DNA of 14,433 nucleotides from an uncultured bacterium (lineage in GTDB: Bacteria > Planctomycetota > Brocadiia > Brocadiales > Scalinduaceae), in NCBI GenBank assembly GCA_964010955.1, contig CAXGMX010000023.1, positions 1-14,433 of the forward strand. The letters run 5' to 3'. Below are positions 1-9,043 of the stretch, one piece after another. Both the position numbers and the translations under genes were made by a program. The first letter of the stretch is position 1; every line of letters begins with the position of its first letter. The notes under the pieces were generated by a model. That model had not been told where the DNA came from, ran no database searches, and was given only the letters and a program-made list of their open reading frames with translations.

Positions 1-224
1 TCTCTATGATCTGGAAGTTTATATACAAGCATATATAGCATGTTGACAGCGACAGTCCATGATGCTACCATCATGCCTTATCGGTAGTGTGACAGAGAGG
101 TATGTACCGTAGTTACAAAATTGAATAATTGTAATATATTATAAGTATCGGAAATAGTACATGAGTATTATAACCCCTAGTATTTCTACACTCTACAAGA
201 TTTCATACCACACAGACATATAAA

Positions 225-238
225 CCATCATATGATGG
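225..238. repeat. Perfect 14-nt palindrome CCATCATATGATGG in noncoding DNA
   Basis: Read directly: ccatcat|atgatgg is self-complementary. Function unknown. Confidence 0.5.
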
Positions 239-610
239 ATATGCTTTTTATAAATTAAGTTTATTACAGGGATGTAAATATATAAACTATCTCGCTGTTT
301 CTCCATAAAATAGTAATCTGATTTTTCTATTCACGCAGGCCAGAGATAAAGAGAGATAACCCCGCCGAAAATATCTGCTAATTTCATTTAATCGCCAGTC
401 TTTGCAGGAGAAGTATTCATTAATTTTTGCGGTATCTCTACGAATATACCGATTAAATACGATCGATTAAATATGCCTCCATTTAGAGATAAAGAGATAC
501 TGGTTGAGATTACTTCTGCTACCTTTGACAACCCATTCGTGAGATTAGTTTTTTCACGACCAGAGTACACTTTGACAGTTGGGTTAACCCTTTGAAACGT
601 TGGCACATAC

Positions 611-645
611 AAAAAGCCCTGACCAGGTTATCCTGGGCAGGGCTT
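611..645 (-). terminator. Rho-independent terminator downstream of tRNA-Gln (minus strand)
   Basis: Minus strand reads AAGCCCTGCCCAGG-ATAA-CCTGGTCAGGGCTTTTT: 13 of 14 stem positions pair, 4-nt loop, followed by a T run. It lies about 36 nt past the 3' end of the tRNA. Confidence 0.88.
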
Positions 646-681
646 GTGTTATCTCTCGGGTTCAAGTTCGAGCCTATTTAG

Positions 682-755
682 TGGTTACCCGGGGAGGACT
701 CGAACCTCCAATGAGAGAATCAAAATCTCTAGTGTTGCCATTACACTACCGGGTA
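682..755 (-). tRNA. tRNA-Gln (anticodon UUG), CCA encoded
   Basis: Minus strand tacccgg-gt-D arm-agaga-ttTTGat-tctct-catt-ggagg-ttcgagt-cctcc-ccgggta-a-cca. Acceptor stem 7/7, anticodon stem 5/5 and T stem 5/5 pair. The anticodon loop ttTTGat gives UUG. The D arm was not modelled rigorously. Confidence 0.93.
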
Positions 756-809
756 ATCTTGCAAAGGTTTTAAAGCAGGTTTTTGCGACTAATAATTCCA
801 TCTTGCATG

Positions 810-2465
810 CTAGCTTTTGAGTACTGCGCCCTTATCTGCTGATGTTACGCATTTGGCGTACCTGACAAGAAGTCCATTAGTAACTTTTAATGGAGGTGGG
901 GACCATTTTGCTTGGCGGCTTTCAAGTTCAGAATCTAATGCTATAGCATATAATTTGCGTTTTGGAATGTCAATTACTATCTCATCATCATCTTCTATTA
1001 AAGCCAATGGCCCTCCTGCCATTGCTTCGGGAGAGACATGCCCGATGCAGGGACCCCTTGTGCCACCTGAAAAACGTCCATCCGTTATTAAGGCGACAGA
1101 ATTATCCAAACCCATTCCAACAAGTGCAGCAGTTGGTGATAACATCTCTCTCATTCCCGGACCTCCACGAGGGCCTTCATATCTGATAATGATTACTGAT
1201 CCCTGGGAAATCTTTTTATCCATGATTGCCAGCATCGCTTCCTCTTCATCTTCAAAGACCTTGGCGGGGCCTTTGAAAACCCTCATATCGTCGGGTAGTG
1301 CGCTTTGTTTAATTACAGCGCCATCGGGTGCTATATTTCCATGAAGTACTGCAATGCCGCCTTCCTTGTTATAGGCGTTCTCCTTTGTCCTTATAATATC
1401 ATCATCATAGACGATTGCCTGTTTTGCAATTTCTTTTGTACTGAAACCGCTAACGGTTTCGCAATCATTGATGATGTCATCAAGCCTCTTCATTGCCGCC
1501 GGAATACCACCTGCATAGAAAAGGTCTTCCATAAAGTGTTCGCCGCCTGGTCTCAGGTTTGTTATCTGGGGTACTTTTCTACTGATTTCATCGAAGCGGT
1601 CCAGTTCTATATCTATACCGGCTTCATTGGATATTGCAGGAATATGCAGACAGGTATTCGTTGAGCCTCCAAGCGTCATATCAATTAAGATTGCATTGTC
1701 AAAAGCCTCTCTAGTCATAATTTTCCTGCAGCTTATGTCGTTTTTTACTAACTCAACTATTCTCTCTCCGCTTTTATAGGCGATCCTGTCTTTTTCTGCT
1801 GAGATTGCAAGGGATGCAGCGCATCCCGGCAGTGACATTCCAAGCGCTTCGGTTACGCAGGCCATTGTATTTGCCGTATATAATCCCTGACATGATCCGG
1901 GGCCCGGACATGCTTCCTTTTCAAGGGACTCCAGTTCTTCCTCACTGATCTCGCCTTTCTGCTTTCTACCGACGGCCTCAAAAGTATCACGGACCAGAGA
2001 GAGTTTCTTCATATTGCGGCGTCCGGAAATCATAGGCCCGCCGGTTACTACAATAGCAGGGACGTCTATTCTTGCAGCACCCATAAGCATACCGGGTGTA
2101 ATCTTGTCGCAATTAGTTAACAATATCAATCCATCCAGGCAATGTGCATTCGTGACACACTCTATTAAATCAGCGATTAATTCTCTTGAAGCAAGTGAGT
2201 AACTCATCCCCTTGTGTCCCATGGCAATGCCATCACAAATACCGGGTACTCCAAAAATGAAGCTTACGCCACCTCCAGCATGAATGCCTTTTTCTATCTC
2301 TCTTTCCAAACGTCTCATGTGGGTGTGTCCGGGAATTAAGTCCGTAAAACTGCTGGCAATACCTATAAACGGCTTTCCCATGTTCTCCTTGGTCAGTCCG
2401 GTTGCATAAAGCAGTGCCCTTGCCGGTGATCTCTCTATCCCACACGTAATAGTATCGCTGCGCAA
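810..2465 (-). CDS. ilvD: Dihydroxy-acid dehydratase
   Basis: 551-aa ORF with IlvD/Edd family motifs: [100 protein letters not shown] start, with AAAGGA upstream. Confidence 0.97.
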   Translation of the reverse strand: MRSDTITCGIERSPARALLYATGLTKENMGKPFIGIASSFTDLIPGHTHMRRLEREIEKGIHAGGGVSFIFGVPGICDGIAMGHKGMSYSLASRELIADLIECVTNAHCLDGLILLTNCDKITPGMLMGAARIDVPAIVVTGGPMISGRRNMKKLSLVRDTFEAVGRKQKGEISEEELESLEKEACPGPGSCQGLYTANTMACVTEALGMSLPGCAASLAISAEKDRIAYKSGERIVELVKNDISCRKIMTREAFDNAILIDMTLGGSTNTCLHIPAISNEAGIDIELDRFDEISRKVPQITNLRPGGEHFMEDLFYAGGIPAAMKRLDDIINDCETVSGFSTKEIAKQAIVYDDDIIRTKENAYNKEGGIAVLHGNIAPDGAVIKQSALPDDMRVFKGPAKVFEDEEEAMLAIMDKKISQGSVIIIRYEGPRGGPGMREMLSPTAALVGMGLDNSVALITDGRFSGGTRGPCIGHVSPEAMAGGPLALIEDDDEIVIDIPKRKLYAIALDSELESRQAKWSPPPLKVTNGLLVRYAKCVTSADKGAVLKS

Positions 2466-2534
2466 ATTAATGTCCTTTCTATTTCAATAGAATAAATATT
2501 ATAAAATTTTCTTTCATTAGTAATTTAGTTTAAA

Positions 2535-2562
2535 ATTATATACAGTGGTTTGATGTTGTCAA
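2535..2562 (-). promoter_or_regulatory. Sigma70-type promoter for ilvD
   Basis: Minus strand reads TTGACA-(16 nt)-TATAAT, both hexamers matching consensus, about 70 nt upstream of the ilvD start. Confidence 0.7.
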
Positions 2563-2640
2563 CGCTAAATTAAAGTACTCTATGTATTTAGAAGTAACTG
2601 ATTGTATTCTTGCGTCAGATATCATGTCATAATATTTGCC

Positions 2641-2668
2641 TTGATTTAGCTATTAAGGCATGTAGAAT
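2641..2668 (+). promoter_or_regulatory. Candidate promoter for alaS
   Basis: TTGATT-(16 nt)-TAGAAT, with the -10 ending 13 nt before the preferred alaS ATG at 2682. Confidence 0.35.
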
Positions 2669-2681
2669 ATCACATAATATT

Positions 2682-5321
2682 ATGGAAACTAACGTAATCA
2701 GAAGAGAATTTTTAAGTTTTTTTGAGAAAAAAGGGCATTCTCTATTCCCAAGTGATTCGCTGGTTCCTGAAGATGATCCAACTCTGTTATTTACTGGTGC
2801 AGGGATGAACCAGTTTAAGGACATGTTTCTTGGAAAGGGGACGTTGGGAGTAAAGAGTGCTACGACATGCCAGAAATGCATCAGGACGGGTGATATAGAA
2901 AATGTGGGTAAAACTCCCATGCATCACACTTTCTTTGAAATGCTGGGTAATTTTTCCTTTGGAGATTATTTCAAACTGGAAGCAATAGAGATGGCATGGG
3001 AATTTATGCTTAATGAAATGAAGCTTCCGGAAGAGAGGTTGTCTGTTAGCATTTATCTGGATGACGAAGAATCATACGGTATCTGGCTGAAGAAGATTGG
3101 TGTTCCTGAAGATAAGATATACAGGTTTGGAGAAAAGGAGAATTTCTGGCCTGCAAATGCTCCTTCGGATGGACCAAATGGTCCTTGCGGACCATGCTCA
3201 GAAATCTTTTACGATCGAGGAGAGGACGTTGGATGTGGAAGAAAAGAGTGCGCTCCTGATTGTGACTGCGGGCGATTTGTTGAGGTGTGGAATCTTGTTT
3301 TTACACAGTTTGACAGAAAAGATGGAGGAGTACTTGAGCCTTTACCAAACAAGAACGTGGATACCGGAATGGGTTTGGAAAGGATGGCCAGTGTTATGCA
3401 GGATGTCAGTACAAATTTTGAGATAGATATATTTAAGCCCATAATTCAGAATATTTCTGAGATTACTGAAGTTAAATACGATAGCCAGACAGAAAACGGT
3501 AAGTTGATGAATAGAATAGCCGACCACATAAGGGCAATAATATTTTGTATCTCAGATGGTGTTCTGCCAAGTAATGAAGGAAGGGGTTACGTAGAAAGAA
3601 GGCTTTTGAGAAGGGCTGTTCGCGATGGATTAAAATTGGGAAAAGAGGAGTGTTTTCTCTACAAACTTGTTCCCATTATTGCTGACGTAATGCATGAAGC
3701 TTATTCTGAGATAAAGCAACGGCGGGAAAACATTGCAAGAATTATAAAGAACGAAGAGGAAAGGTTTCATGAAACCTTATTTATGGGGAATAAGAGGCTG
3801 GATGAACTTATGGAAGGCCTTCGCAGGAGCGGACAAAAGAGATTGTCAGGCCAGGATGCTTTTCAATTGTATGATACCTTTGGTTTTCCATTCGAGATGA
3901 CAAAATCGATCCTGGAAGAAAGCGGTCTGAATGTTGATGAAAGTGGTTTTGAGAGAGAAATGGAAAAACAGCGTGAACAGGCAAGATCTTCTACGCAAAT
4001 GACCGGTAATATATTTGATGAGGGTCCGATAGGTATAATTAAAGAAACAGCAAAAGAGACGACCTTCCTGGGTTATGAAAATTGTGAAATTGAAAGTAGA
4101 GTCATTGGTTTGATTATAGATGAAAAATTGGTTAAAGCTGCTGATACAGGACAGGAAGTTCATATAGTGCTGGATCAAACCCCTTTTTATGCGGAAGCCG
4201 GAGGGCAGGTAGGTGACACCGGTATAGTTCAAACAAAGAACTCAAAGGTTGAAGTCAGCAACACAAAGAAATCCAATGACATTATAGTGCATATTGGTAA
4301 GGTGGTAGAGGGCAAGATCAAGACAAATGAAAACGTTACTTGTGTTATTGACAAAGGACGAAGAGCAGCCATAAAACGTAATCATTCGGCAACACATCTG
4401 CTGCATTACACCCTGCGACAGGTAGTAGGGCAACATGCCGAGCAATCCGGTTCCCTTGTGGCTCCAGAAAGACTTCGTTTTGACTTTCACCATTTTGAAG
4501 GTATTAAAAAAGACGAAATTGCAAGGATAGAAGAACTTATGAATGAGAGGATTATGGAAAATACTCCTGTTACTACTGAGGAAATGGCACTTGATAAAGC
4601 CAGGAAAGCAGGTGCAACGGCATTGTTTGGCGAGAAATACGGTGAGAATGTCAGGGTGGTAAGCATTGGAGATTACAGTCAGGAGCTTTGTGCGGGTACG
4701 CACGTAAAGAATACCGGTGAAATAGGATTATTTAAGATTACAAGCGAATCATCAATAGCAGCAGGAATACGCAGGTTAGAAGCTGTAACAGGGAATGATG
4801 CCCTCACAAGGATAAGGCAGAAGGAGAAGACACTGGATAGGCTATGTAACGTTCTGGATGTTCAGGAAAACATGGCTGTTCAACGTGCCGAAGAGCTGAT
4901 GCTACAAGTAAGAGACCTAAGAAAAGATGTGCAAAAAGCAAAAAAAGAAGGCACCAGAGAATTTTCTTCTGAACTGATTGCTAATGCCAGGGAAATATCA
5001 GGAGTAAAGATTGTTACAGAGGTAATAGAAGGAGTGGATATAGATGATTTAAGAAAGACTGTAGACTCGTTAAAGGAAAGTCTGGGTTCCGTGGCAATAG
5101 TATTAGGAACTACGGAGGATGGAAAGGTAACATTGATAACTTCGTTGAGTAACGATTTAGTGAAGAAAGGGCTTCATGCCGGCAATATAGCCAGGGATAT
5201 TGCAAAAATTGTTGGCGGTGGTGGTGGTGGGCGTGCAGATATGGCTCAAGCCGGTGGGCAGCTTCCTGATAAAATTAATGAAGCCATTGATTTAGGATTT
5301 AGAATAATACAGGAGAAATAG
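2682..5321 (+). CDS. alaS: Alanyl-tRNA synthetase
   Basis: The track ORF begins at 2610, but homology to AlaRS N-termini begins at METNVIRREFLSFFEKKGHSLFPSDSLVPEDDPTLLFTGAGMNQFK, so ATG at 2682 is preferred. Other motifs: NHSATHLLHYTLRQVVGQHAEQSGS, SQELCAGTHV and the C-terminal GGGGGGRADMAQAGG. Confidence 0.97.
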   Translation: METNVIRREFLSFFEKKGHSLFPSDSLVPEDDPTLLFTGAGMNQFKDMFLGKGTLGVKSATTCQKCIRTGDIENVGKTPMHHTFFEMLGNFSFGDYFKLEAIEMAWEFMLNEMKLPEERLSVSIYLDDEESYGIWLKKIGVPEDKIYRFGEKENFWPANAPSDGPNGPCGPCSEIFYDRGEDVGCGRKECAPDCDCGRFVEVWNLVFTQFDRKDGGVLEPLPNKNVDTGMGLERMASVMQDVSTNFEIDIFKPIIQNISEITEVKYDSQTENGKLMNRIADHIRAIIFCISDGVLPSNEGRGYVERRLLRRAVRDGLKLGKEECFLYKLVPIIADVMHEAYSEIKQRRENIARIIKNEEERFHETLFMGNKRLDELMEGLRRSGQKRLSGQDAFQLYDTFGFPFEMTKSILEESGLNVDESGFEREMEKQREQARSSTQMTGNIFDEGPIGIIKETAKETTFLGYENCEIESRVIGLIIDEKLVKAADTGQEVHIVLDQTPFYAEAGGQVGDTGIVQTKNSKVEVSNTKKSNDIIVHIGKVVEGKIKTNENVTCVIDKGRRAAIKRNHSATHLLHYTLRQVVGQHAEQSGSLVAPERLRFDFHHFEGIKKDEIARIEELMNERIMENTPVTTEEMALDKARKAGATALFGEKYGENVRVVSIGDYSQELCAGTHVKNTGEIGLFKITSESSIAAGIRRLEAVTGNDALTRIRQKEKTLDRLCNVLDVQENMAVQRAEELMLQVRDLRKDVQKAKKEGTREFSSELIANAREISGVKIVTEVIEGVDIDDLRKTVDSLKESLGSVAIVLGTTEDGKVTLITSLSNDLVKKGLHAGNIARDIAKIVGGGGGGRADMAQAGGQLPDKINEAIDLGFRIIQEK

Positions 5322-5354
5322 AGAATTGTACGTAACCTTCTATGATGTTTTTGC

Positions 5355-5381
5355 TTGACAAATATAAGGTGCGATTATAAA
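5355..5381 (+). promoter_or_regulatory. Candidate promoter for the rpmF-plsX-fab cluster
   Basis: TTGACA (5355-5360) and TATAAA (5376-5381) with a 15-nt spacer. A TAAATA alternative sits at 17-nt spacing. Confidence 0.4.
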
Positions 5382-5438
5382 TACGTAAAATTTGTATTTT
5401 AGGGGAGTACTTATAAGTATTTGAGCTTAAAGGGGATA

Positions 5439-5528
5439 AAATAAGGGAAGGACAAGAGAGTAACGGGAGGCTTGGTACTGAAGATAATGCCTTATACTTT
5501 CCCTTTCTTTCTTCTTCTTCCCTTATTT
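5439..5528 (+). repeat. Inverted repeat in the rpmF leader (possible leader hairpin)
   Basis: aaataagggaag (5439-5450) is perfectly complementary to cttcccttattt (5517-5528). The flanking inner arms are purine-rich and pyrimidine-rich and could extend pairing. Confidence 0.5.
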
Positions 5529-5556
5529 ATTTTAGATTTTAGTAAAGGGAGACATA

Positions 5557-5785
5557 ATGGCACTTCCAAAAAGAAGGCATTCCAGTTCAAGGACAGGCAA
5601 GAGGCGTTCACATGACGCGCTGAACCCTCCAAATATTCCACGTTCTGAATTTGCCAAAAGTACATCAGGCAACAGGTCAAAGAAATTCATTTGCCCTCAT
5701 TGTAACAATAAAAAAGCCACATACAGTTTGTCATAATTGTGGTTATTATCGTGGCAAACAGGTAATTGCTGTAGAGAGAGCATAG
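5557..5785 (+). CDS. rpmF: 50S ribosomal protein L32, disrupted by an apparent 1-nt insertion in this sequence
   Basis: Frame from 5557 reads MALPKRRHSSSRTGKRRSHDALNPPNIPRSEFAKSTSGNRSKKFICPHCNNKK, then stops at 5734-5736. Dropping one A from the A6 run (5710-5715) restores ...CPHCNNKKPHTVCHNCGYYRGKQVIAVERA* ending at 5785. AAAGGGA SD upstream; rpmF next to plsX/fab is classic synteny. Confidence 0.9.
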
Positions 5786-5788
5786 GTT

Positions 5789-6808
5789 ATGCGTATTGCG
5801 GTTGATGCAATGGGTGGAGATGAAGCTCCTTTTGAGATTGTAAGGGGGGCCATGGATGCTGCACGCGTCTATACTGATCACGAGATGGTATTAGTAGGTG
5901 ATCAAGAGCGAATTCAAAACGAATTAGCTGCGTGTGGCGCTACTTCTGGAAATATCTCCGTTGTACATGCTTCTCAAGTAGTAGACATGAATGAGCCTGC
6001 GACGGTTGCCGTACGCAAGAAAACTGATTCATCAATCACTAAAAGTGTCAAGTTGGTTTTAGATAAAGCAGCGGATGCCGTAGTAAGTGCAGGGAACACT
6101 GGCGCAACAGTAGCAGCAGCATCCTTATTCCTTCGTACATTGGAACATGTTAAACGTCCGGGGATTGCTGTATCCATACCGACATTTCATGGTGCGTGCA
6201 TGGTAATCGATGCCGGGGCCAATATACAATGTAAGCCTGCACATTTAATGCAATACGGAGTCATGGCCTCGGTTTTTTGTAAATACGTATTAAATATTGA
6301 AAAACCAAGAGTTGGGCTTTTGAATATTGGTGAGGAATCTGCCAAGGGTAATGAATTAGTAAAAGAGACTTTTGCACTCCTTTCGAATTCCCCATTAAAT
6401 TTTGTTGGAAATGCCGAAGGACGTGATGTCTTTGATGGTAAGTTTGATATAGTTGTTTGTGAAGGTTTTGTTGGCAATGTTTTGCTGAAGTTTGCAGAAG
6501 GGCTTTCGATAAGCATGTTAGCTGCTTTTGCCTCGGAGGCAAGGAAGGGTGCCTTGACAAGACTGGGGGCCTGGCTTTGCAAGCCTGTCCGCGAACATCT
6601 GTACAGAAAAATGGATTATACTGAATATGGTGGTGTGCCACTACTTGGGATCGATGGTATCTGTATTATTTCTCATGGCAGGTCAGATTCGAAGACAATT
6701 CAAAACGCAATAAGAGAAGCAATACAGTTCGGAAAATATGAAGTAAATAAACATATTAATTCTGAACTCGAGAGAGCTAATTCATCTCTCGTAACTGCTA
6801 CTTCATAA
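5789..6808 (+). CDS. plsX: Phosphate acyltransferase PlsX
   Basis: MRIAVDAMGGDEAPFEIVRGA, SAGNTGATVAAA, RPGIAVSIPT, GLLNIGEESAKGNELVKE, FVGNAEGRDVFDGKFDIVVCEGFVGNVLLKFAEG. Confidence 0.97.
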   Translation: MRIAVDAMGGDEAPFEIVRGAMDAARVYTDHEMVLVGDQERIQNELAACGATSGNISVVHASQVVDMNEPATVAVRKKTDSSITKSVKLVLDKAADAVVSAGNTGATVAAASLFLRTLEHVKRPGIAVSIPTFHGACMVIDAGANIQCKPAHLMQYGVMASVFCKYVLNIEKPRVGLLNIGEESAKGNELVKETFALLSNSPLNFVGNAEGRDVFDGKFDIVVCEGFVGNVLLKFAEGLSISMLAAFASEARKGALTRLGAWLCKPVREHLYRKMDYTEYGGVPLLGIDGICIISHGRSDSKTIQNAIREAIQFGKYEVNKHINSELERANSSLVTATS

Positions 6809-6843
6809 AGAGCCAACTTTCCTAATCTCAATTAGGATAATTA

Positions 6844-7833
6844 ATGGAAAAAGGATATACAGCATCAATTACAGGGGTAGGGTCTTTTTTGCCCAGAAAA
6901 GTGCTTACCAATGATGATTTTACAAAGATGCTTGATACAACTGATGAATGGATCACCAAGCGTACTGGAATAAAAGAGAGACGTGTTGTAGAAAATGGAG
7001 CTACTGCTTCAGACCTGGCGATTGAGGCATCATTACGTGCGCTGGATGATGCAAATGTATTGCCCTCTGAAGTAGATCTAATTATAGCGGCCACAATAAC
7101 ACCTGATTGTTTAGTTCCTTCAACAGCTTGTTTTATACAAGAGAAGATAGGCGCAAAGAATGCAGGTGCTTTTGACTTATTAGCGGCATGTTCCGGATTT
7201 GTTTATGCGCTATCCATAGCCAGGAGTTTTGTTGCTTCGGGGGCAATGAAAACTGTTTTAATTGTGGGTACGGAATGTTTGTCAAAGATTACAGACTATA
7301 CAGACAGGTCTACCTGTATTCTTTTTGGTGATGGAGCTGGCGCTGTTGTCGTTCAACGGGGTAATGGCAAAAAAGAGATTGTTACGACATATTTGGGTTC
7401 TGATGGCAGTCAGGCAGATTTGTTGAAACTGCCGGCAGGCGGATCTAAATTACCTGCATCGCAGGCAACGATCGAGTCTCGTTCACATTATATTCAGCTT
7501 AAGGGGAAAGAATTATTTAAGACGGCCATTAATAACATGGTTGACATGATTACTAAAGCCGCTACTGATAATAATATGCAAGTGGAAGATTTCGATATGA
7601 TTATTCCACATCAAAGTAATATTCGGATCATAGAAGCTGCGATGGAGAGGCTTAAACAGCCGAAGAAAAAAACATACATAAATATTGACAGATATGGTAA
7701 CACGTCTGCAGCCTCTATTCCTATAGCAATTGATGAGATAGACAAGGAAGGATTGTTAAACCCCGGAGATTCTGTGCTTTTAGTTGCGTTTGGGGGAGGT
7801 TTAACATGGGGTACATCTCTAATTAAGTGGTAA
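6844..7833 (+). CDS. fabH: 3-oxoacyl-ACP synthase III (FabH)
   Basis: ITGVGSFLPRKVLTNDDF, DEWITKRTGIKERRV, active-site Cys in LLAACSGFVYAL, IIPHQSNIRII, NIDRYGNTSAASIPIA. Confidence 0.97.
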   Translation: MEKGYTASITGVGSFLPRKVLTNDDFTKMLDTTDEWITKRTGIKERRVVENGATASDLAIEASLRALDDANVLPSEVDLIIAATITPDCLVPSTACFIQEKIGAKNAGAFDLLAACSGFVYALSIARSFVASGAMKTVLIVGTECLSKITDYTDRSTCILFGDGAGAVVVQRGNGKKEIVTTYLGSDGSQADLLKLPAGGSKLPASQATIESRSHYIQLKGKELFKTAINNMVDMITKAATDNNMQVEDFDMIIPHQSNIRIIEAAMERLKQPKKKTYINIDRYGNTSAASIPIAIDEIDKEGLLNPGDSVLLVAFGGGLTWGTSLIKW

Positions 7834-7834
7834 A

Positions 7835-8749
7835 ATGGCGAAAACTGCTTTTTTATTTGCAGGACAAGGTTCACAATACATTGGAATGGGTAAAGATATT
7901 TACTCACAATCCAAAGAAGCGAAAGAAGTATATGACAGAGCAAACGAAACATTGGGTTTTGATTTGTCAGGCATATGTTTTGATGGTAAGCAGGAAGAGC
8001 TTAACAAGACCTCAATCTGTCAGCCGGCAGTTATGGTTACTAGCATAGCATTATTAAGAGCTTTTAAAGAGCGTAATAATGGAAACATATCATGCCATGT
8101 AACGGCCGGGTTAAGTTTGGGAGAGTATACTGCGCTTGTCTTTGCAAATTCTATATCATTCGAGGAGGCTTTAAGTCTTGTCTATAAGCGCGGACAGTTC
8201 ATGCAGGAAGCCTGCGACAAGGAAAAGGGGGCTATGGCCTCTATAATTGGATTAGTAGAATCAGAAGTTGAAGAGATATGCAGTGAGGCAAAAAAGTATG
8301 GAGAAGTTTGTGCGGCAAATTATAATACTCCAAAACAAATAGTTATTTCAGGGAAAGAAGAAGCTGTTAAAGAAGCAATGTCTCTTGCTAAGGAAAAAGG
8401 TGCAAGAGCTGTAATCCCGTTAAAGGTTAGTGGTGCATTCCATTCTCCTTTAATGAGTATGGCAAGCAGCAGACTTTCAGAGGAGATCGAAAGTACAGAG
8501 ATTTCCAGGTGCGACATGCCAGTTATGGCAAATGTATGTGCAGAGTACATAAACGAACCTGATGAAATAAGAAGTTCTCTTGTAAAACAGCTTGACAATC
8601 CTGTTAGATGGAGTCAGTCTATGCAGAATCTTATAGCTGATGGTACAGAAGAATTTTATGAAATTGGGCCCGGGAAGGTACTTGCAGGTATATTAAAAAA
8701 AATAGATCCTACAAAAAAACCAGAAGTATTAATGATTTTGATTCTTTAG
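7835..8749 (+). CDS. fabD: Malonyl-CoA:ACP transacylase (FabD)
   Basis: FLFAGQGSQYIGMGKD, nucleophile region AGLSLGEYTALVFA, KRGQFMQEA, VSGAFHSPLM, PVRWSQSM. Starts 2 nt after the fabH stop codon. Confidence 0.95.
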   Translation: MAKTAFLFAGQGSQYIGMGKDIYSQSKEAKEVYDRANETLGFDLSGICFDGKQEELNKTSICQPAVMVTSIALLRAFKERNNGNISCHVTAGLSLGEYTALVFANSISFEEALSLVYKRGQFMQEACDKEKGAMASIIGLVESEVEEICSEAKKYGEVCAANYNTPKQIVISGKEEAVKEAMSLAKEKGARAVIPLKVSGAFHSPLMSMASSRLSEEIESTEISRCDMPVMANVCAEYINEPDEIRSSLVKQLDNPVRWSQSMQNLIADGTEEFYEIGPGKVLAGILKKIDPTKKPEVLMILIL

Positions 8750-8795
8750 TGAAAAATTGAATAAACCGGAAACTTTGACTTAAGGAGGAAAGGTC

Positions 8796-9038
8796 TTGTC
8801 TACAGAACCATCAATAGAAGAAAAAGTAAATGAAATAATTGTAAAGCAAATGGGCGTAAATAAGGAACAGGTCAAACCTGAAACATCGTTCATAAACGAT
8901 TTGGGTGCAGACTCACTTGATACGGTGGAACTCGTGATGGAACTGGAAGATGCATTTGATATTAATATTCCAGATGAAGACGCAGAAAAGATTCAAACGG
9001 TAGGGGATGCAATAAACTACATTAAGGAGCACAAGTAG
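8796..9038 (+). CDS. acpP: Acyl carrier protein
   Basis: 80-aa ORF with phosphopantetheine site [35 protein letters not shown] start with AAGGAGG SD at 8782-8788. Confidence 0.96.
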   Translation: MSTEPSIEEKVNEIIVKQMGVNKEQVKPETSFINDLGADSLDTVELVMELEDAFDINIPDEDAEKIQTVGDAINYIKEHK

Positions 9039-9043
9039 AAACG

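Noticed and set aside
388-612. 74-aa minus-strand ORF (MYVPTFQRVNPTVKVYSG...)
   Set aside because: No recognisable domain, low-complexity Ser/Ile content, and it abuts the tRNA terminator. Probably chance.
817-1344. 175-aa and other plus-strand ORFs inside ilvD (also 962-1186, 1305-1664, 2014-2202)
   Set aside because: Antisense to a clearly coding ilvD frame; the translations resemble shadow frames with no domain signal.
3846-4703. Minus-strand ORFs (128 aa, 153 aa) and other short ORFs inside alaS
   Set aside because: Overlap conserved AlaRS coding sequence and have low-quality Phe/Cys-rich translations. Chance shadow ORFs.
5709-5716. Programmed -1 frameshift at AAAAAAG in rpmF
   Set aside because: The phase is AAA AAA G, not A AAA AAG, and the -1 frame lacks the L32 C-terminus. 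Only +1 (or a one-A deletion) restores the protein.
5492-5881. Minus-strand ORFs of 62 and 64 aa across rpmF and the plsX start
   Set aside because: Antisense to rpmF/plsX. The second was useful only to confirm the exact A count in the rpmF homopolymer.
6187-6641. Overlapping minus-strand ORFs (131 and 126 aa) inside plsX
   Set aside because: Two frames open over the same conserved PlsX sequence. No motifs; composition artefact.
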